From the NCBI GenBank assembly GCA_963664225.1, contig OY760937.1, positions 2,656,001 to 2,720,000 on the forward strand: a DNA stretch of 64,000 nt. The letters are read 5' to 3'. Of this stretch, positions 49,008 to 59,226 are shown piece by piece (the stretch's first letter is position 1; each line of letters starts with the position of its first letter). Position numbers and translations under genes: made by a program. The notes below the pieces were generated by a model. The model was not told the DNA's origin and did not search any database. It saw only the letters and a list, made by a program, of their open reading frames with translations. This stretch comes from Verrucomicrobiia bacterium. GTDB taxonomy: Bacteria > Verrucomicrobiota > Verrucomicrobiia > Limisphaerales > UBA1319.

Positions 49008-50762
49008 TCATCCCGTTACCCCGGCCACGCTTAACTGCCCGTTGTCCAGGGTCAACATGCGGCTGGCCAGTTGCATGGTGGTGGCCCGGTGGGCGACGAT
49101 GAGTGTGGTACGTCCCTGCATGAGTCTCTGGAGGCTCGCATGAACCATCGCCTCGCTGGCGGCGTCCAGGGCGCTGGTCGGTTCGTCGAGCAGCAGTATC
49201 GGCGCGTCTTTGAGGAAGGCCCGGGCCAGGTTGATGCGTTGTTTCTCCCCGGTGCTCAACCGCGCCGCGCCTTCGCCCACCTTGGTCTCATAGCCTTGGG
49301 GCAGTTGACGAATAAAAGCGTCGGCAAACGCCGCACGCGCCGCGAATTCAATTTGTTCGGCGGTGGCCTCAGGCCGGGCGAACGCGATGTTCTCCGCAAC
49401 AGTTCCCGGGAGCAAAATGGGTTCCTGCATGACCAATGCAATGTGGCGGCGCATTTCCTTCAAGCGCAATTGCCGGGTGTCCACGCCTTCCAGCAGGACC
49501 GCGCCGCTGTCGGGATCGAAGAACCGGGGCAGCAGGTGGAGCAGGGTGGTTTTCCCCGCGCCACTCGGGCCGATGAACACCACGGATTCTCCCGGTTCGA
49601 TGCGAAAACTGATCCCGCGCAACACCGGCCGTCCGGGCTGGTAGGCGAAGGAGACGTTTTGAAACTCGATATGCCCGCGAATAATCACGGGATTTGATTT
49701 GGCGTCCGTGGTTGCTGGCGCGTCCTGCGTGGAAACCACGGGACGTGCATTCGGCGCTTCCTTCACTTCCTCGAGCGTGTCGAGCACTTCAAAGACCCTG
49801 CGCGCGCCCGCGCTGGCGTCGGCCAGGGTGCGGCCCACATTGGAGAGTTGGTTCAGGGGATCGTAGAACTGGCTCAGGTAGGCCAGGAAGACCCACAACC
49901 GGCCCACGGTCAGGTGCCCGGCCCAAACCTCGCGCGCGCCCATCCAGACCACTGCGGCCATGCCCACGGCGAACACTCCGGCCACCGCGGCGAGATAGGC
50001 CACTTCCGTTCCATGTTGCGCCAGGCGGCTGCGCAAGGCCTCCGCCACCTGTGTTGAAAAGCGCTTTTCCTCAAGCTCTTCCCGGGCGCAGCTTTGGGTC
50101 AAGGGCAGGGCAACGATGCTTTCCTGTACCAGCGAGGTCACCTTGCCATCGGCATCATGGGCCGCCAGGCTGCGCCGACTCATGCTCCCGCCCATCAGTT
50201 TGATGACGAGCAACAGCGGCGGAATGGCGCAGAGGGCCACCAAAGTGAGGGGCCGGTTCACGCTCCACATCACCGCGACCATCGGAATCAACAGGAGCAG
50301 GGCGGAAACGAGTGTGAAGAGACCCTGCTGAAACAGGGTGTGAATGGCATAGGTGTCCCAAGAGGCGCGGTAAATGATATCGCCCTGGCTGGAGCCCTGG
50401 TGGTAACGCAGCGAAAGGCGCAGCAGCCAGTGAAAGAGCTGGTTGCGAATGCGGGACAACCCGCGCAATCCCACGGAGATCAGGCTGTAGGTGTGCGCGG
50501 AAAACAGCAGGGCCTGGACGATATGAATGACGAGCAGGGCGCCGACCAGTTGGAGCAGCAGTGGCGCGCGCGCGGTGCTGGAGGTCCACGGCTGCAACCA
50601 CGCGGGCATGGATTGTCCCCCGAGGAGGCTGTCGATCAACAAGGCCAGGGGCCAGGGCTTGAGGATGTTCAGGGCCGTGCTCAGCACAAGGAGCCCCATC
50701 GCCAGGCTGATGCGCCCGGCGTCGCCCTTGTAGCACGAGAGAACACGGAGGATGATTTTCAT
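49008..50762 (-). CDS. ABC exporter, fused permease/ATPase (MsbA-like)
   Basis: N-terminal TM domain; GPSGAGKTT, LSTGEKQR, LLDEPTSALD, VAHR. Confidence 0.92.
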   Translation of the reverse strand: MKIILRVLSCYKGDAGRISLAMGLLVLSTALNILKPWPLALLIDSLLGGQSMPAWLQPWTSSTARAPLLLQLVGALLVIHIVQALLFSAHTYSLISVGLRGLSRIRNQLFHWLLRLSLRYHQGSSQGDIIYRASWDTYAIHTLFQQGLFTLVSALLLLIPMVAVMWSVNRPLTLVALCAIPPLLLVIKLMGGSMSRRSLAAHDADGKVTSLVQESIVALPLTQSCAREELEEKRFSTQVAEALRSRLAQHGTEVAYLAAVAGVFAVGMAAVVWMGAREVWAGHLTVGRLWVFLAYLSQFYDPLNQLSNVGRTLADASAGARRVFEVLDTLEEVKEAPNARPVVSTQDAPATTDAKSNPVIIRGHIEFQNVSFAYQPGRPVLRGISFRIEPGESVVFIGPSGAGKTTLLHLLPRFFDPDSGAVLLEGVDTRQLRLKEMRRHIALVMQEPILLPGTVAENIAFARPEATAEQIEFAARAAFADAFIRQLPQGYETKVGEGAARLSTGEKQRINLARAFLKDAPILLLDEPTSALDAASEAMVHASLQRLMQGRTTLIVAHRATTMQLASRMLTLDNGQLSVAGVTG

Positions 50763-50873
50763 TCCGGACCAATTACGAACAACAAATACTCCCGAGGTGA
50801 ACTTCCCGACCAAAACCCCTGATGCCTTTTGACCGCGCCACGATTGATTGCGTGAACGCGGGCGTTGCCGGGA

Positions 50874-50901
50874 GAAAGGGGCGGACGCATCCACCCCTTT
50901 C
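50874..50901 (-). terminator. Terminator-like hairpin
   Basis: GAAAGGGG-C-GGA-CGCA-TCC-A-CCCCTTTC just downstream of the isomerase stop. Confidence 0.5.
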
Positions 50902-50912
50902 ACCGGCTTGAA

Positions 50913-52544
50913 TTATGCGAGCTCCACACCACCGCAGAAGTGGGTTTCAATCCCCAGTTCATTCATCATGGCCGCCTTGATGCGCGCGGCCCGATGCGCC
51001 TGCTTATCGTTGGGGGCATAGGCCACCTGGATGTGGTTGGACTTGTGGCGGGCCATGAACTGGTCGCGGGAGACACCGTTAAGCACGGCGTTCATCATCG
51101 GCCATTGGCTGGTGGTTTCGCTCCAGCGGCGCGCGTTGTCCTTGTCGGAAAGCGCGATGGAACTGGCCACACCGATATCGCAGTGGAGTTTGCCGCCCAT
51201 GACGAATACCCGGCTCCAGACCACGGCGCCGGGCTTGCAAACGCCCTTGACCGAGCCGCCGCCCAGTTTGAAATACATGGCGGGCTGGCGTTCGCTCGAG
51301 GCGCCCTTGTAACCGCCCGTCAGATGGGCCGGGGGAACCGCGCCGGAAATCTGGAAGACCCAGACGTAATCGTTGATCTCCTTGTTCTTGATCTGTTCAC
51401 CCCAACGCACATCGTGGAGCGTGGTTTCCGGCGCAAACCCAAGCGCGCGCCAGAGGCGGTAGGTCAGCAGGCCATCCACACCCGCGCACTCATCGACTTC
51501 GTTGAAATGCGGCACCGCTTCGCCCTCGAAGAGCACCTTGCCGGTCTTCAGGCACTTGACCGGCGGCCGGTCCGTGTTGTTGAGCATTCCTTCCACGAGG
51601 TCGCTGGCGGGCAGCAGATCCTTGAGCCCCTGTTGATACTGGATGCCGATGGTCGCACAGCCAAATTCGGCGGCGATGCGCACGGCGGCAATGTACATCT
51701 TGCACTGGCCGAGCACCTGGTCTTCGGTCAGCTCGGTCTCCTCATCGGTGCCGAGAACAAATTTCATCCCTTTCTTCAACAGCCAGGCATAGACCGCCCG
51801 GGCCTCTTCGTCCTCCACATCGCAGGTGGCGGCAAACAGGGCGGACTGGCTCATGCGTTCCTTGAAAATACCCAGGGGATTGAGCATTTCATCCGCAATG
51901 ATCGCGTTGTGCATGCCCATGCAACCCTCGTCGAAAATGCCCATGATCGCCTTGTCGTGACGGAATTCGCGCGCCGCCTGACGTCCAAATTGCTCGTCCG
52001 CGAGGGGCAGCTTCAACATCGCGAGATCGCGGACATGGCTCTGGTCATGGGTGACCACGCCATCGGCGAGCCACTGGCGCAGGCCGTTCTTGAAGAAGGC
52101 GTCCTTGAAATCGAGGCTCCACAGCGTGCTGTAGGCCTTGCCGAGTTTTGTGAGGGAGGCATTGAGATTAAGCATGCCCACCAGCCCCGGCCACGTGCCG
52201 CTCCAATTGGCCACGGTCAAAATCGGTCCCTGGTGCGTGGAAAGGCCCGGCCAGACGTGATGGCTGTATTGCCAGACGCTCTCGGCCACAATGATCGGGG
52301 CCTTGGGATCGAGCTGGCGGAAGACTTCCAGACCCATTTTCTGGGAATCGATGAATCCGTGTTTCTTGACCTTGTCATAAGGGTGGGCCCGGACCACCGT
52401 CCAGCCTTCCTCCTTCAACGCCTTGGTGAGTGTGGCCTCCATTTTCGCCTGCTCTGCCCAGCATTGCTGGTTGGCGGAGAGCCGCAGGTCACCACTGGCG
52501 GCCAGATAGACATGCTTCGGTTTCAAAGATGATGCAGTTTTCAT
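50913..52544 (-). CDS. L-fucose/L-arabinose isomerase-like protein
   Basis: SGDLRLSAN, WPGLVG, GIQYQQG, HFNEVDE, TLHDVRWG, NHIQVAYA. Confidence 0.75.
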   Translation of the reverse strand: MKTASSLKPKHVYLAASGDLRLSANQQCWAEQAKMEATLTKALKEEGWTVVRAHPYDKVKKHGFIDSQKMGLEVFRQLDPKAPIIVAESVWQYSHHVWPGLSTHQGPILTVANWSGTWPGLVGMLNLNASLTKLGKAYSTLWSLDFKDAFFKNGLRQWLADGVVTHDQSHVRDLAMLKLPLADEQFGRQAAREFRHDKAIMGIFDEGCMGMHNAIIADEMLNPLGIFKERMSQSALFAATCDVEDEEARAVYAWLLKKGMKFVLGTDEETELTEDQVLGQCKMYIAAVRIAAEFGCATIGIQYQQGLKDLLPASDLVEGMLNNTDRPPVKCLKTGKVLFEGEAVPHFNEVDECAGVDGLLTYRLWRALGFAPETTLHDVRWGEQIKNKEINDYVWVFQISGAVPPAHLTGGYKGASSERQPAMYFKLGGGSVKGVCKPGAVVWSRVFVMGGKLHCDIGVASSIALSDKDNARRWSETTSQWPMMNAVLNGVSRDQFMARHKSNHIQVAYAPNDKQAHRAARIKAAMMNELGIETHFCGGVELA

Positions 52545-52761
52545 AATGTTCTGGCCAAAGTAATACCCGCCTGCCGTTTCACAAGAAAACAATGCGTTGC
52601 CGATCGGCAGGCTTACAGGACACTTGAGTGATTGATTCCATCGATGCATGGTTTGGCAGTGTCCCAAGGCCGTTCATTTTCAATCAAATCAGGGCCGTTG
52701 ACTTGGTTTTGGTTGGATGTACAGTACGCACGGAAGACACAATCTTAATCACGCTCACGCT

Positions 52762-53004
52762 ATGGCGCTGGAAAAAGAAATCGAAACCTATAACCGGGAA
52801 TTGCCAAAGTTCGCCGACCAGGAGGGGAAGTTTGTAGTCATTCAGGGCGATACTGTCATTGGGGTTTACGTTTCCTATGAGGATGCCCTGAAAATGGCTT
52901 ACGAAAAATGTGGGCTTAAACCTTTTCTCGTAAAAAACATTCAATCTTTTGAGCAGGTTCAGTTTTTTAGTCGCGATTTGTGTCTGAGCCATGCCTCACT
53001 ATAG
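52762..53004 (+). CDS. Small DUF5678-like protein
   Basis: EGKFVVIQGDTVIGVYVSYEDALKMAYEKCGLKPFLVKNI; overlaps the start of the protease gene. Confidence 0.65.
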   Translation: MALEKEIETYNRELPKFADQEGKFVVIQGDTVIGVYVSYEDALKMAYEKCGLKPFLVKNIQSFEQVQFFSRDLCLSHASL

Positions 53005-53431
53005 CCTCAAGATAACTCCACAGGGGGCACTGATTCAGTTTCGTGTGGGTGTGAGCAACCCAAGGGCGGGTGCTCTCGTTGCAGCAGGCCAGCCCGTCCC
53101 TGCCTCCATTCCCATTACCGGCCTTATAGACACGGGCGCAAGCTGCACAAGTATTGACACCACCATACTTCGGCAGCTTGCAATTCCCTCCACAGGACAA
53201 ATCCAGGTTCATACTCCATCCACGCAGGCCAGCGCACCGCACGTCGCGAATTTATACGACATCAGCCTGGTTTTGGTTCATCCACTGATCACCAGGAAAT
53301 TTGATGCAATGCCGGTCACAGAGTCGCAACTTCTGCATCAGGGAATACAGGCTTTAATAGGACGGGATATTTTGAAGGACTGTTTTTTTAGCTATGACGG
53401 TTCCGCACAAAACTTCGTCCTGAGTTTTTAG
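52991..53431 (+). CDS. Retropepsin-like (clan AA) aspartyl protease
   Basis: GLIDTGAS and ALIGRDIL motifs; single lobe, 146 aa. Confidence 0.85.
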   Translation: MPHYSLKITPQGALIQFRVGVSNPRAGALVAAGQPVPASIPITGLIDTGASCTSIDTTILRQLAIPSTGQIQVHTPSTQASAPHVANLYDISLVLVHPLITRKFDAMPVTESQLLHQGIQALIGRDILKDCFFSYDGSAQNFVLSF

Positions 53432-53502
53432 TCCTTCGAATCAGGCATGCCAACAGGTTCGTTGTTTGAGAACTGCTCATAACGCGAACCAACCCCGCCC
53501 AT

Positions 53503-55155
53503 TCACCAATCCGCGTTGATCCGGTAAAAACCCGATCCACCGGACGGCGTCGGGTCCAAGAAAATCAGGTTGGTGGTGGTTTGGTCCGCGGGCGCGGCCG
53601 AGACGAGCGTCCATGGCGCGCTGAAAAGCTCCGGAGTGCGCCAGAGTGAAAATTGCGCGCTCTGGAGGAATGTGGCTTTCACCCGCACCTGGCCATTGGT
53701 CACAGACAGGCTGCCAATCTGGAGACCCACACGTTCCTGGCTCAGACGGAGGGCGGCTTCGACGGCCGCGCCAAAATCGATCAGGCCCCAGCCAAAATAG
53801 GGATCGCGCCCGGCGGGACCCTTGTCGATGGCCGTCTGGCGCAGCAGGGCCTCCACATCTTCAGTGGTGAACCCGGGGTTGATGCTGAAAAGAACCCCCG
53901 CCACGCCTGCGACCAGCGGCGTTGAAAAACTGGTTCCTCTGTCCACAGCGTAACCGCTATTGGTGGTCGTGCTGGTCACGTCCCAGCCGGGCGCGGCAAA
54001 ATCGATGTGCGGGCCGTGCATCGAGACCATGTTCCCTGCGGCATCGGTCATGGAGATGCAATAGATGTTGGTAAAATTGGGATAATTCAGCAGGCCCGAG
54101 CCATTGACGCCCGCCATGAAGAGCATGCCTTGCGCATTCTGCCGCAGGAGCAGCCCGGCCTGGTCGAGAACCGGATCGTCCGCCCCATCCCAACTGATGC
54201 TTACCACGCGGACCTGATGACCTGCGGCCCAAACAATCGCATCGTACATCTCGCTGGTGTAACCGGTGATGTTGATTGGCAACACGCGGCAGTTGCCCGC
54301 TCCAGCCACGCCGATGCCATTATTCACCACCGCCGCCGCCATCCCCGCCGAAAGCGTGGAGTGGTCCAGGCCGGTTGACGCATTGACGGGCTGGCCGGTC
54401 ACAACATCCCACCCGGCGTCCATGTTGGCCGCGAGGTCCGGGTGGTTCATTTGAAACGGAGTATCCACAATCCCAATGCGAACGGTGGGACGGCCCAGGG
54501 TCAAGGCCCAGGCGGTGGCGCTGTGAATGGCCTCGTGATGCCACTGCTGTGGAAGCAGCGGATCGTTGGGTTGGAAGGTCGCCAGCGCGCTTTGGGATTG
54601 AGCCTGGCCCTGGCGGTGATGCAGGAAATCCAGTTGTGCGAATTCGACATCGGGCCGCCGCCGTAAAATATCCACGGCCTCTGCCTCCTGCTGGGCTTCG
54701 ACACGCATGGCCGCCGTCAACGGCACGGACCTGAATTTCACCAGCACACGTTCCGGATTGAATGAACGCACGGAACCATCCGGCGCGCGCCAGACGCCAA
54801 CGCGTTCTCCCGCACGCGGACGCCCCGTTCCCATCTCGGCCTCCGGCAGGGGCACGGCATGCGCGGCAGCATCGAGGGTGCCCAGCGCCTCCAACGGCAC
54901 CAGGTCTGGAACGCGCCGGCCCGGGCCTTTGCCCAGCGCGGTGGGGGGCATTGCAGGGTTTGCGGACGATGGGGCTTGAAGGAGATTTGTTTGGATCGTG
55001 CGCGGCCTGATTTGAAGCAACTGAGTCTGGGACTGGGTCTGGGACCGCAGCGCGGGGTTGTTCCCAGCGAAGCGCCAAAAACCCGCGAGCATCACGCAAA
55101 CGCCCAGACCGAGCATTGCGCGGAGAACGGTCTTCTGTGGGGAACGCGGTTTCAC
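53503..55155 (-). CDS. S8 subtilisin-like serine protease with C-terminal extension
   Basis: PNDP...QW, IVDT (Asp), DHST (His), DFAAPG, GTSFSTP (Ser), FGWGLID; N-terminal hydrophobic segment. Start GTG 55155 or ATG 55116. Confidence 0.9.
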   Translation of the reverse strand: MKPRSPQKTVLRAMLGLGVCVMLAGFWRFAGNNPALRSQTQSQTQLLQIRPRTIQTNLLQAPSSANPAMPPTALGKGPGRRVPDLVPLEALGTLDAAAHAVPLPEAEMGTGRPRAGERVGVWRAPDGSVRSFNPERVLVKFRSVPLTAAMRVEAQQEAEAVDILRRRPDVEFAQLDFLHHRQGQAQSQSALATFQPNDPLLPQQWHHEAIHSATAWALTLGRPTVRIGIVDTPFQMNHPDLAANMDAGWDVVTGQPVNASTGLDHSTLSAGMAAAVVNNGIGVAGAGNCRVLPINITGYTSEMYDAIVWAAGHQVRVVSISWDGADDPVLDQAGLLLRQNAQGMLFMAGVNGSGLLNYPNFTNIYCISMTDAAGNMVSMHGPHIDFAAPGWDVTSTTTNSGYAVDRGTSFSTPLVAGVAGVLFSINPGFTTEDVEALLRQTAIDKGPAGRDPYFGWGLIDFGAAVEAALRLSQERVGLQIGSLSVTNGQVRVKATFLQSAQFSLWRTPELFSAPWTLVSAAPADQTTTNLIFLDPTPSGGSGFYRINADW

Positions 55156-55169
55156 GGGAGAGGGTTCGA

Positions 55170-55715
55170 TTAGCGGCCAGTGCCTCCGGCGGCGCGTTTG
55201 GGCGGCGATTTCAGGAAGCCGGGGCCGTTATCGATGCGCAGGGGTTGCCACGGCGCCTTCGGAAGCGCACTCACATCCACAAACCGGGGTTTCGAGGCAT
55301 TCCTGGGAATCGCGACTATTTGATAAGGCGTGGTGCCTCCCTTGCGTGGACGCGCCCCGAGTGCCGGTTCGTATTCGATGACCAGGATGCGTGTCCGGTT
55401 ATTTAACATCTCCACTTGCACGACTTCCAGGTCATGTGCGCCGACTTTTTGCAGGCCCATCATCACGGCCACCACCATCTCTTTTTTGAAATCGACCACG
55501 GGCGGCTTGTTCGTTGGACTGCCGGGATTGTGCAGGGCCCAGAATTCGCGCCATTCCGTGGCCGTTCGGAGCACCACGCGCCGTGGTTTTTGAATGCGGC
55601 TGTCGAAGCCCTTGGCCAGAAAGCGCCAGGCGACCGGTGTGGATTTCGTGGTCGTCGTGCATGCGGTCACGCACAGCACCAGCGCCAGGATTACACCGAG
55701 TCGGAGGAATTTCAT
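55170..55715 (-). CDS. Lipoprotein with PrcB C-terminal-like domain
   Basis: Lipobox VTAC; PVVDFKKEMVVAVMMG...EV..VE...P...TTPYQIVAIP. Confidence 0.72.
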   Translation of the reverse strand: MKFLRLGVILALVLCVTACTTTTKSTPVAWRFLAKGFDSRIQKPRRVVLRTATEWREFWALHNPGSPTNKPPVVDFKKEMVVAVMMGLQKVGAHDLEVVQVEMLNNRTRILVIEYEPALGARPRKGGTTPYQIVAIPRNASKPRFVDVSALPKAPWQPLRIDNGPGFLKSPPKRAAGGTGR

Positions 55716-55786
55716 GCCCGCATTATAGCGCAGCGTCCCGGGAATGTGAATCCCGATGGCGATTGAAGAATTTTCCGGGACGCCAT

Positions 55787-56815
55787 TTAAACCAGATTGT
55801 GCCGATACCAATCGAGCGCCTCCGCGAGCCCCTTCTGAACCGTGTGCGTGGGGCTATATCCCAGCAAGGCCCGCGCCTTGGTGATGTTCGCCAGGGAATG
55901 CCGCACATCGCCCGGCCGGAAATCCTGGTAGAGGGGTTTCAGACCGGCCAGCGATGCATAATGGGGCGCCAGGCCCGCGCGCAACGCTTCAAACAGCTCA
56001 TTCAGCGTGATGCGCTCACCGACGGCCACATTGAACGCCTGTCCGAGCGCCCCCGGGTGCGTCGTGGTGGCGGCCAGCAGATTGGCCTGCACCACATTGG
56101 CGATGTAGCAAAAATCCCGGCTCGTTTCGCCATCCCCGTTGATGCGAATGGGCTGGTTCTTGATCATCGCGGCAACCCACTTGGGGATGACCGCCGCATA
56201 GGGGCCATCGGGATCCTGCCGCGCGCCGAACACATTGAAATAGCGCAGACCGACCGTTTCCAATCCATAACACTGGCCGAACACCCCCGCGTAATTTTCG
56301 TTGGCCATCTTCGTCACCGCATACGGCGAGAGCATCCGGCCCGTCTGGTCCTCCACCTTGGGCAGGCCCGGGTGGTCGCCATAGACGGAACTGCTGGAGG
56401 CGTACACGAAGCGGCGCACCGTGCAATCCCGCGCGGCCATGACCATGTTCAGAAATCCCGTGACATTCACCGCATGCGACGTCGCGGGATCGGCTATCGA
56501 GCGGGGCACCGACCCGAGCGCGGCCTGATGCAGCACATGGTCCACACCCGCGCAGGCCTTCTGGCAGGTCTGCAAATCCCGGATGTCGCCGGATAAAAAT
56601 TCAAACCCGGCCCACTGGTCGGGGGTGACCAATGACCGCACCTGGTCGAGATTGCGCTGGAAGCCGGTGGCAAAATTATCCAGGCCGCGCACCTTCTGGC
56701 CAAGGCGCAAAAGGGCTTCAACGATATTCGATCCGATGAATCCCGCGGCACCGGTCACGAGCCAGAATTTGGGCTGTCCGGTCAGCGCGTTCGTGGTTTG
56801 TTGGAAAACAGTCAT
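55787..56815 (-). CDS. UDP-GlcNAc 4-epimerase (WbpP/TviC-like SDR)
   Basis: [45 protein letters not shown]. Confidence 0.93.
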   Translation of the reverse strand: MTVFQQTTNALTGQPKFWLVTGAAGFIGSNIVEALLRLGQKVRGLDNFATGFQRNLDQVRSLVTPDQWAGFEFLSGDIRDLQTCQKACAGVDHVLHQAALGSVPRSIADPATSHAVNVTGFLNMVMAARDCTVRRFVYASSSSVYGDHPGLPKVEDQTGRMLSPYAVTKMANENYAGVFGQCYGLETVGLRYFNVFGARQDPDGPYAAVIPKWVAAMIKNQPIRINGDGETSRDFCYIANVVQANLLAATTTHPGALGQAFNVAVGERITLNELFEALRAGLAPHYASLAGLKPLYQDFRPGDVRHSLANITKARALLGYSPTHTVQKGLAEALDWYRHNLV

Positions 56816-57109
56816 TTCAATCTGGAGTCAACACTTTGACCAACCCGATTGGCAAGCCCATTTAATGACCGGCGCAGAACAAAAATCAGGAGTGCGAGAA
56901 ACCGCCATGGCGGTGCGCCACTTTCAGTCGGCTTTTCGCAAACGAGCGAACCAGGCTGTGGGCGGCCCTCCCTGCGTGTGACTCCTGCCAGAACGTCCTG
57001 GCCGCCAACCCGGAATGGGTTGCCATCACCCATACGGGGGTTGCGCGGATCGAACTACCCCGAGAATCACCATCAACACACCAAACCTACTCCGAAGGAG
57101 GTGAATCAG

Positions 57110-57169
57110 ATGCAACACGCACAGTTGGGGATATTGGAGAGCGTCGTTCTGAAGGGCCACCGGACTTGA
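57110..57169 (+). CDS. Candidate 19-aa small peptide
   Basis: Full Shine-Dalgarno AAGGAGGTGA (57095-57104), 5-nt spacer, then MQHAQLGILESVVLKGHRT*. Confidence 0.3.
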   Translation: MQHAQLGILESVVLKGHRT

Positions 57170-57830
57170 AGGCTGGAACGCAAATTCCACGTCAAACCCA
57201 CTCCAATCCCCTGATCTGGAAACCAATGATCGCGCCGGCAAAAGTGTTATGTTATTGTTTGACCTATCCGCGCCCGATTTCCACTGTAGCACCGTAAAAC
57301 CCCCTTTAATTGGGACATTCACCGGTGGGGGAACCCCCCCATAGCGTTCACTGGGTTTTTATAAGAAGCTTACGTCATGAGATCCAGCCATCTCGTTCAT
57401 TAATTAAGCGGCATACGAATGCTGCTGGCGGGTTGTCTGAATCCTATCTCATTACAAAAGCTAAAATATGTTAGGTTCAATTATACTTATTATAGTCGGT
57501 GGTGCTTTATGCCTGGTTTTGACCGGTTTTGTGTTCACGGTCTTATTCAGATCGAATTGATGCTCAAAGATGGGAGTCGGGACGTGACCAGGTCAGCCCT
57601 ATCCGTAATCAGCCTGATGGGGGCGGGTATTATGTACGGGAGAACCCTTCCAAGAACCCATGCCAGCATGCCAAATGCAAGCCCGGATAATGGCGTCTTT
57701 AAAACATGTAATCCAAATCCACCTTGGGAATGCGCATAAATAATGGGGGTTTTCCCCTCCTGTTTTCAATCGGCTCGCTTGCGCTTTACATCTCATTGAC
57801 AGGCCTCTTGCGCCGCCGAATATTATTTCA

Positions 57831-58748
57831 ATGAGAAAGCAAGACCGTGTTCTTCTTGCGCTGATGGCTCTGGTTTGTTCAGTCGGATACACTGCATGGG
57901 CTCATCCAAGTTCTGGAATCGTTGTTGACCGCCAGGGCCAGGTATTTTTCTCTGACATTGCTCGCGGTCTGCTGAAAGTGGATACACAGGGGAGGGTGAC
58001 AACAGTTTTTGCCAGGGAGGGTGGGCATTGGCTGGCCTTGGATATCAACGGGAGCTTCTCAAACGTGGACTTCGAGAAATCACAGCACTGGCCTCGGTGG
58101 TTCAAACGACGCACGCCTTCTGGCGCGATACCTGCACTCATCACCGACGGAGGTTCGCCGCTGGTCGTAGCTCAGGACGGCAATCTTTACTATGTCTGCA
58201 ACGATGAGCGGATGATCCCGGGTGGCTTGCTGATGGCCCGGCTGACACCGGACGGCCAGGAAACACTGCTCAACGCCGGCTTTCGTCACACCTCCGACGA
58301 ATTGGGTGGCATCAAGGGCCTGGCCACCAGCCCTGATGGCTCACTCTATGCCAGCTATCCTGGGGCGATCTTGAAAATAACCCTCGATGGAAGGGTAACC
58401 ACATTTCTTAATCCGGTGGTCGTGCATGATTGCGACAAGGATTCGCATTCAACCAATGCCGCTCCCGGTTTGCGTGGCCTGGCCGTGGATCAACTCGGAG
58501 TGGTTTATGTGGCCGCCACGGACTGCCGCTGTGTCATAAAGATTACGCCGGGCGGTCATGTCGAAACCATCTTAAAATCAGGCGCGCCGTGGTCGCCAAC
58601 CGGTGTTGCATTGAAAGACGGCAACCTTTTCGTGTTGGAATACAAAGTGATTAACGACGAAGCCCACGATTACCTGCCTCGCGTTCGAAGACTCGGACAG
58701 GATGGCCAAGTTACCACCTTGGCGACGTTCGTGCCTGAAGGAAGATAG
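57831..58748 (+). CDS. Secreted NHL/SMP-30-like beta-propeller protein
   Basis: Signal peptide ending AWA; repeated GIVVD.QG.VF, GLATSPDG.LY, GLAVD..G.VYVA, SPTGVA blades. Confidence 0.78.
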   Translation: MRKQDRVLLALMALVCSVGYTAWAHPSSGIVVDRQGQVFFSDIARGLLKVDTQGRVTTVFAREGGHWLALDINGSFSNVDFEKSQHWPRWFKRRTPSGAIPALITDGGSPLVVAQDGNLYYVCNDERMIPGGLLMARLTPDGQETLLNAGFRHTSDELGGIKGLATSPDGSLYASYPGAILKITLDGRVTTFLNPVVVHDCDKDSHSTNAAPGLRGLAVDQLGVVYVAATDCRCVIKITPGGHVETILKSGAPWSPTGVALKDGNLFVLEYKVINDEAHDYLPRVRRLGQDGQVTTLATFVPEGR

Positions 58749-58895
58749 GCCGTGAAAGGGCCAACCCATCGTATAGTGCGGCATTCCCCTTTAAATTGAT
58801 CGCAGGCCAGCCTCTTGGGGTGATGCCCGGCGGGCCCGGGTTCATGCTGTGACACCTAACCTTATTGATCCAAAGTGTCATCGGATTTGCAGCCA

Positions 58896-59213
58896 TCAGT
58901 GTATCCGGTGAATAATGTCCGCCAGTTTGATGAGGCCGATGACAGCAAACACCGCGATGATAACAAAGATTATCAGCGCGATGGACAGACAGTTTCTTTC
59001 CTCCTCCGGGTCCGGTTCGTAGCCTGGAAGGTCGGCAACCTTCATCCACTGTTTTGCTGGTGTTCCTTGAACCGCCTGCAAACCTTGCCCGGAATCGGCC
59101 ACGGCCAATGCCTTAAACGTGAGCTGCTTTTGCCGTACCATCTGATTGATTTGCTCAATGACAAATGGCCCTTCAATTTCCGCTTCGCTGGCCCGTCTAA
59201 CGTAATACGTCAT
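58896..59213 (-). CDS. Small membrane-anchored protein, GYF_2/DUF4339-like
   Basis: YYV...EGPF..EQI..M...W.KV.DLP pattern plus one C-terminal TM. Confidence 0.55.
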   Translation of the reverse strand: MTYYVRRASEAEIEGPFVIEQINQMVRQKQLTFKALAVADSGQGLQAVQGTPAKQWMKVADLPGYEPDPEEERNCLSIALIIFVIIAVFAVIGLIKLADIIHRIH

Positions 59214-59226
59214 CGGATTATTTTAG

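Noticed and set aside
50865..52532. Other long antisense ORFs (this one, and 31774-33213, 33408-34667, 45573-46832, 3003-4106)
   Set aside because: Each lies opposite a gene with clear family motifs and has none of its own.
55021..55047. Short 6-nt repeat in the S8 gene
   Set aside because: Encodes an in-frame SQTQSQTQ linker; too short and degenerate to suggest phase variation.
57095..57104. 16S rRNA 3'-end fragment
   Set aside because: Only the SD-like decamer matches; the flanks do not resemble rRNA. No rRNA or tRNA recognised in the window.
57419..57739. 106-aa ORF in the intergenic region
   Set aside because: No recognisable motif, atypical composition, and competing ORFs on the other strand.
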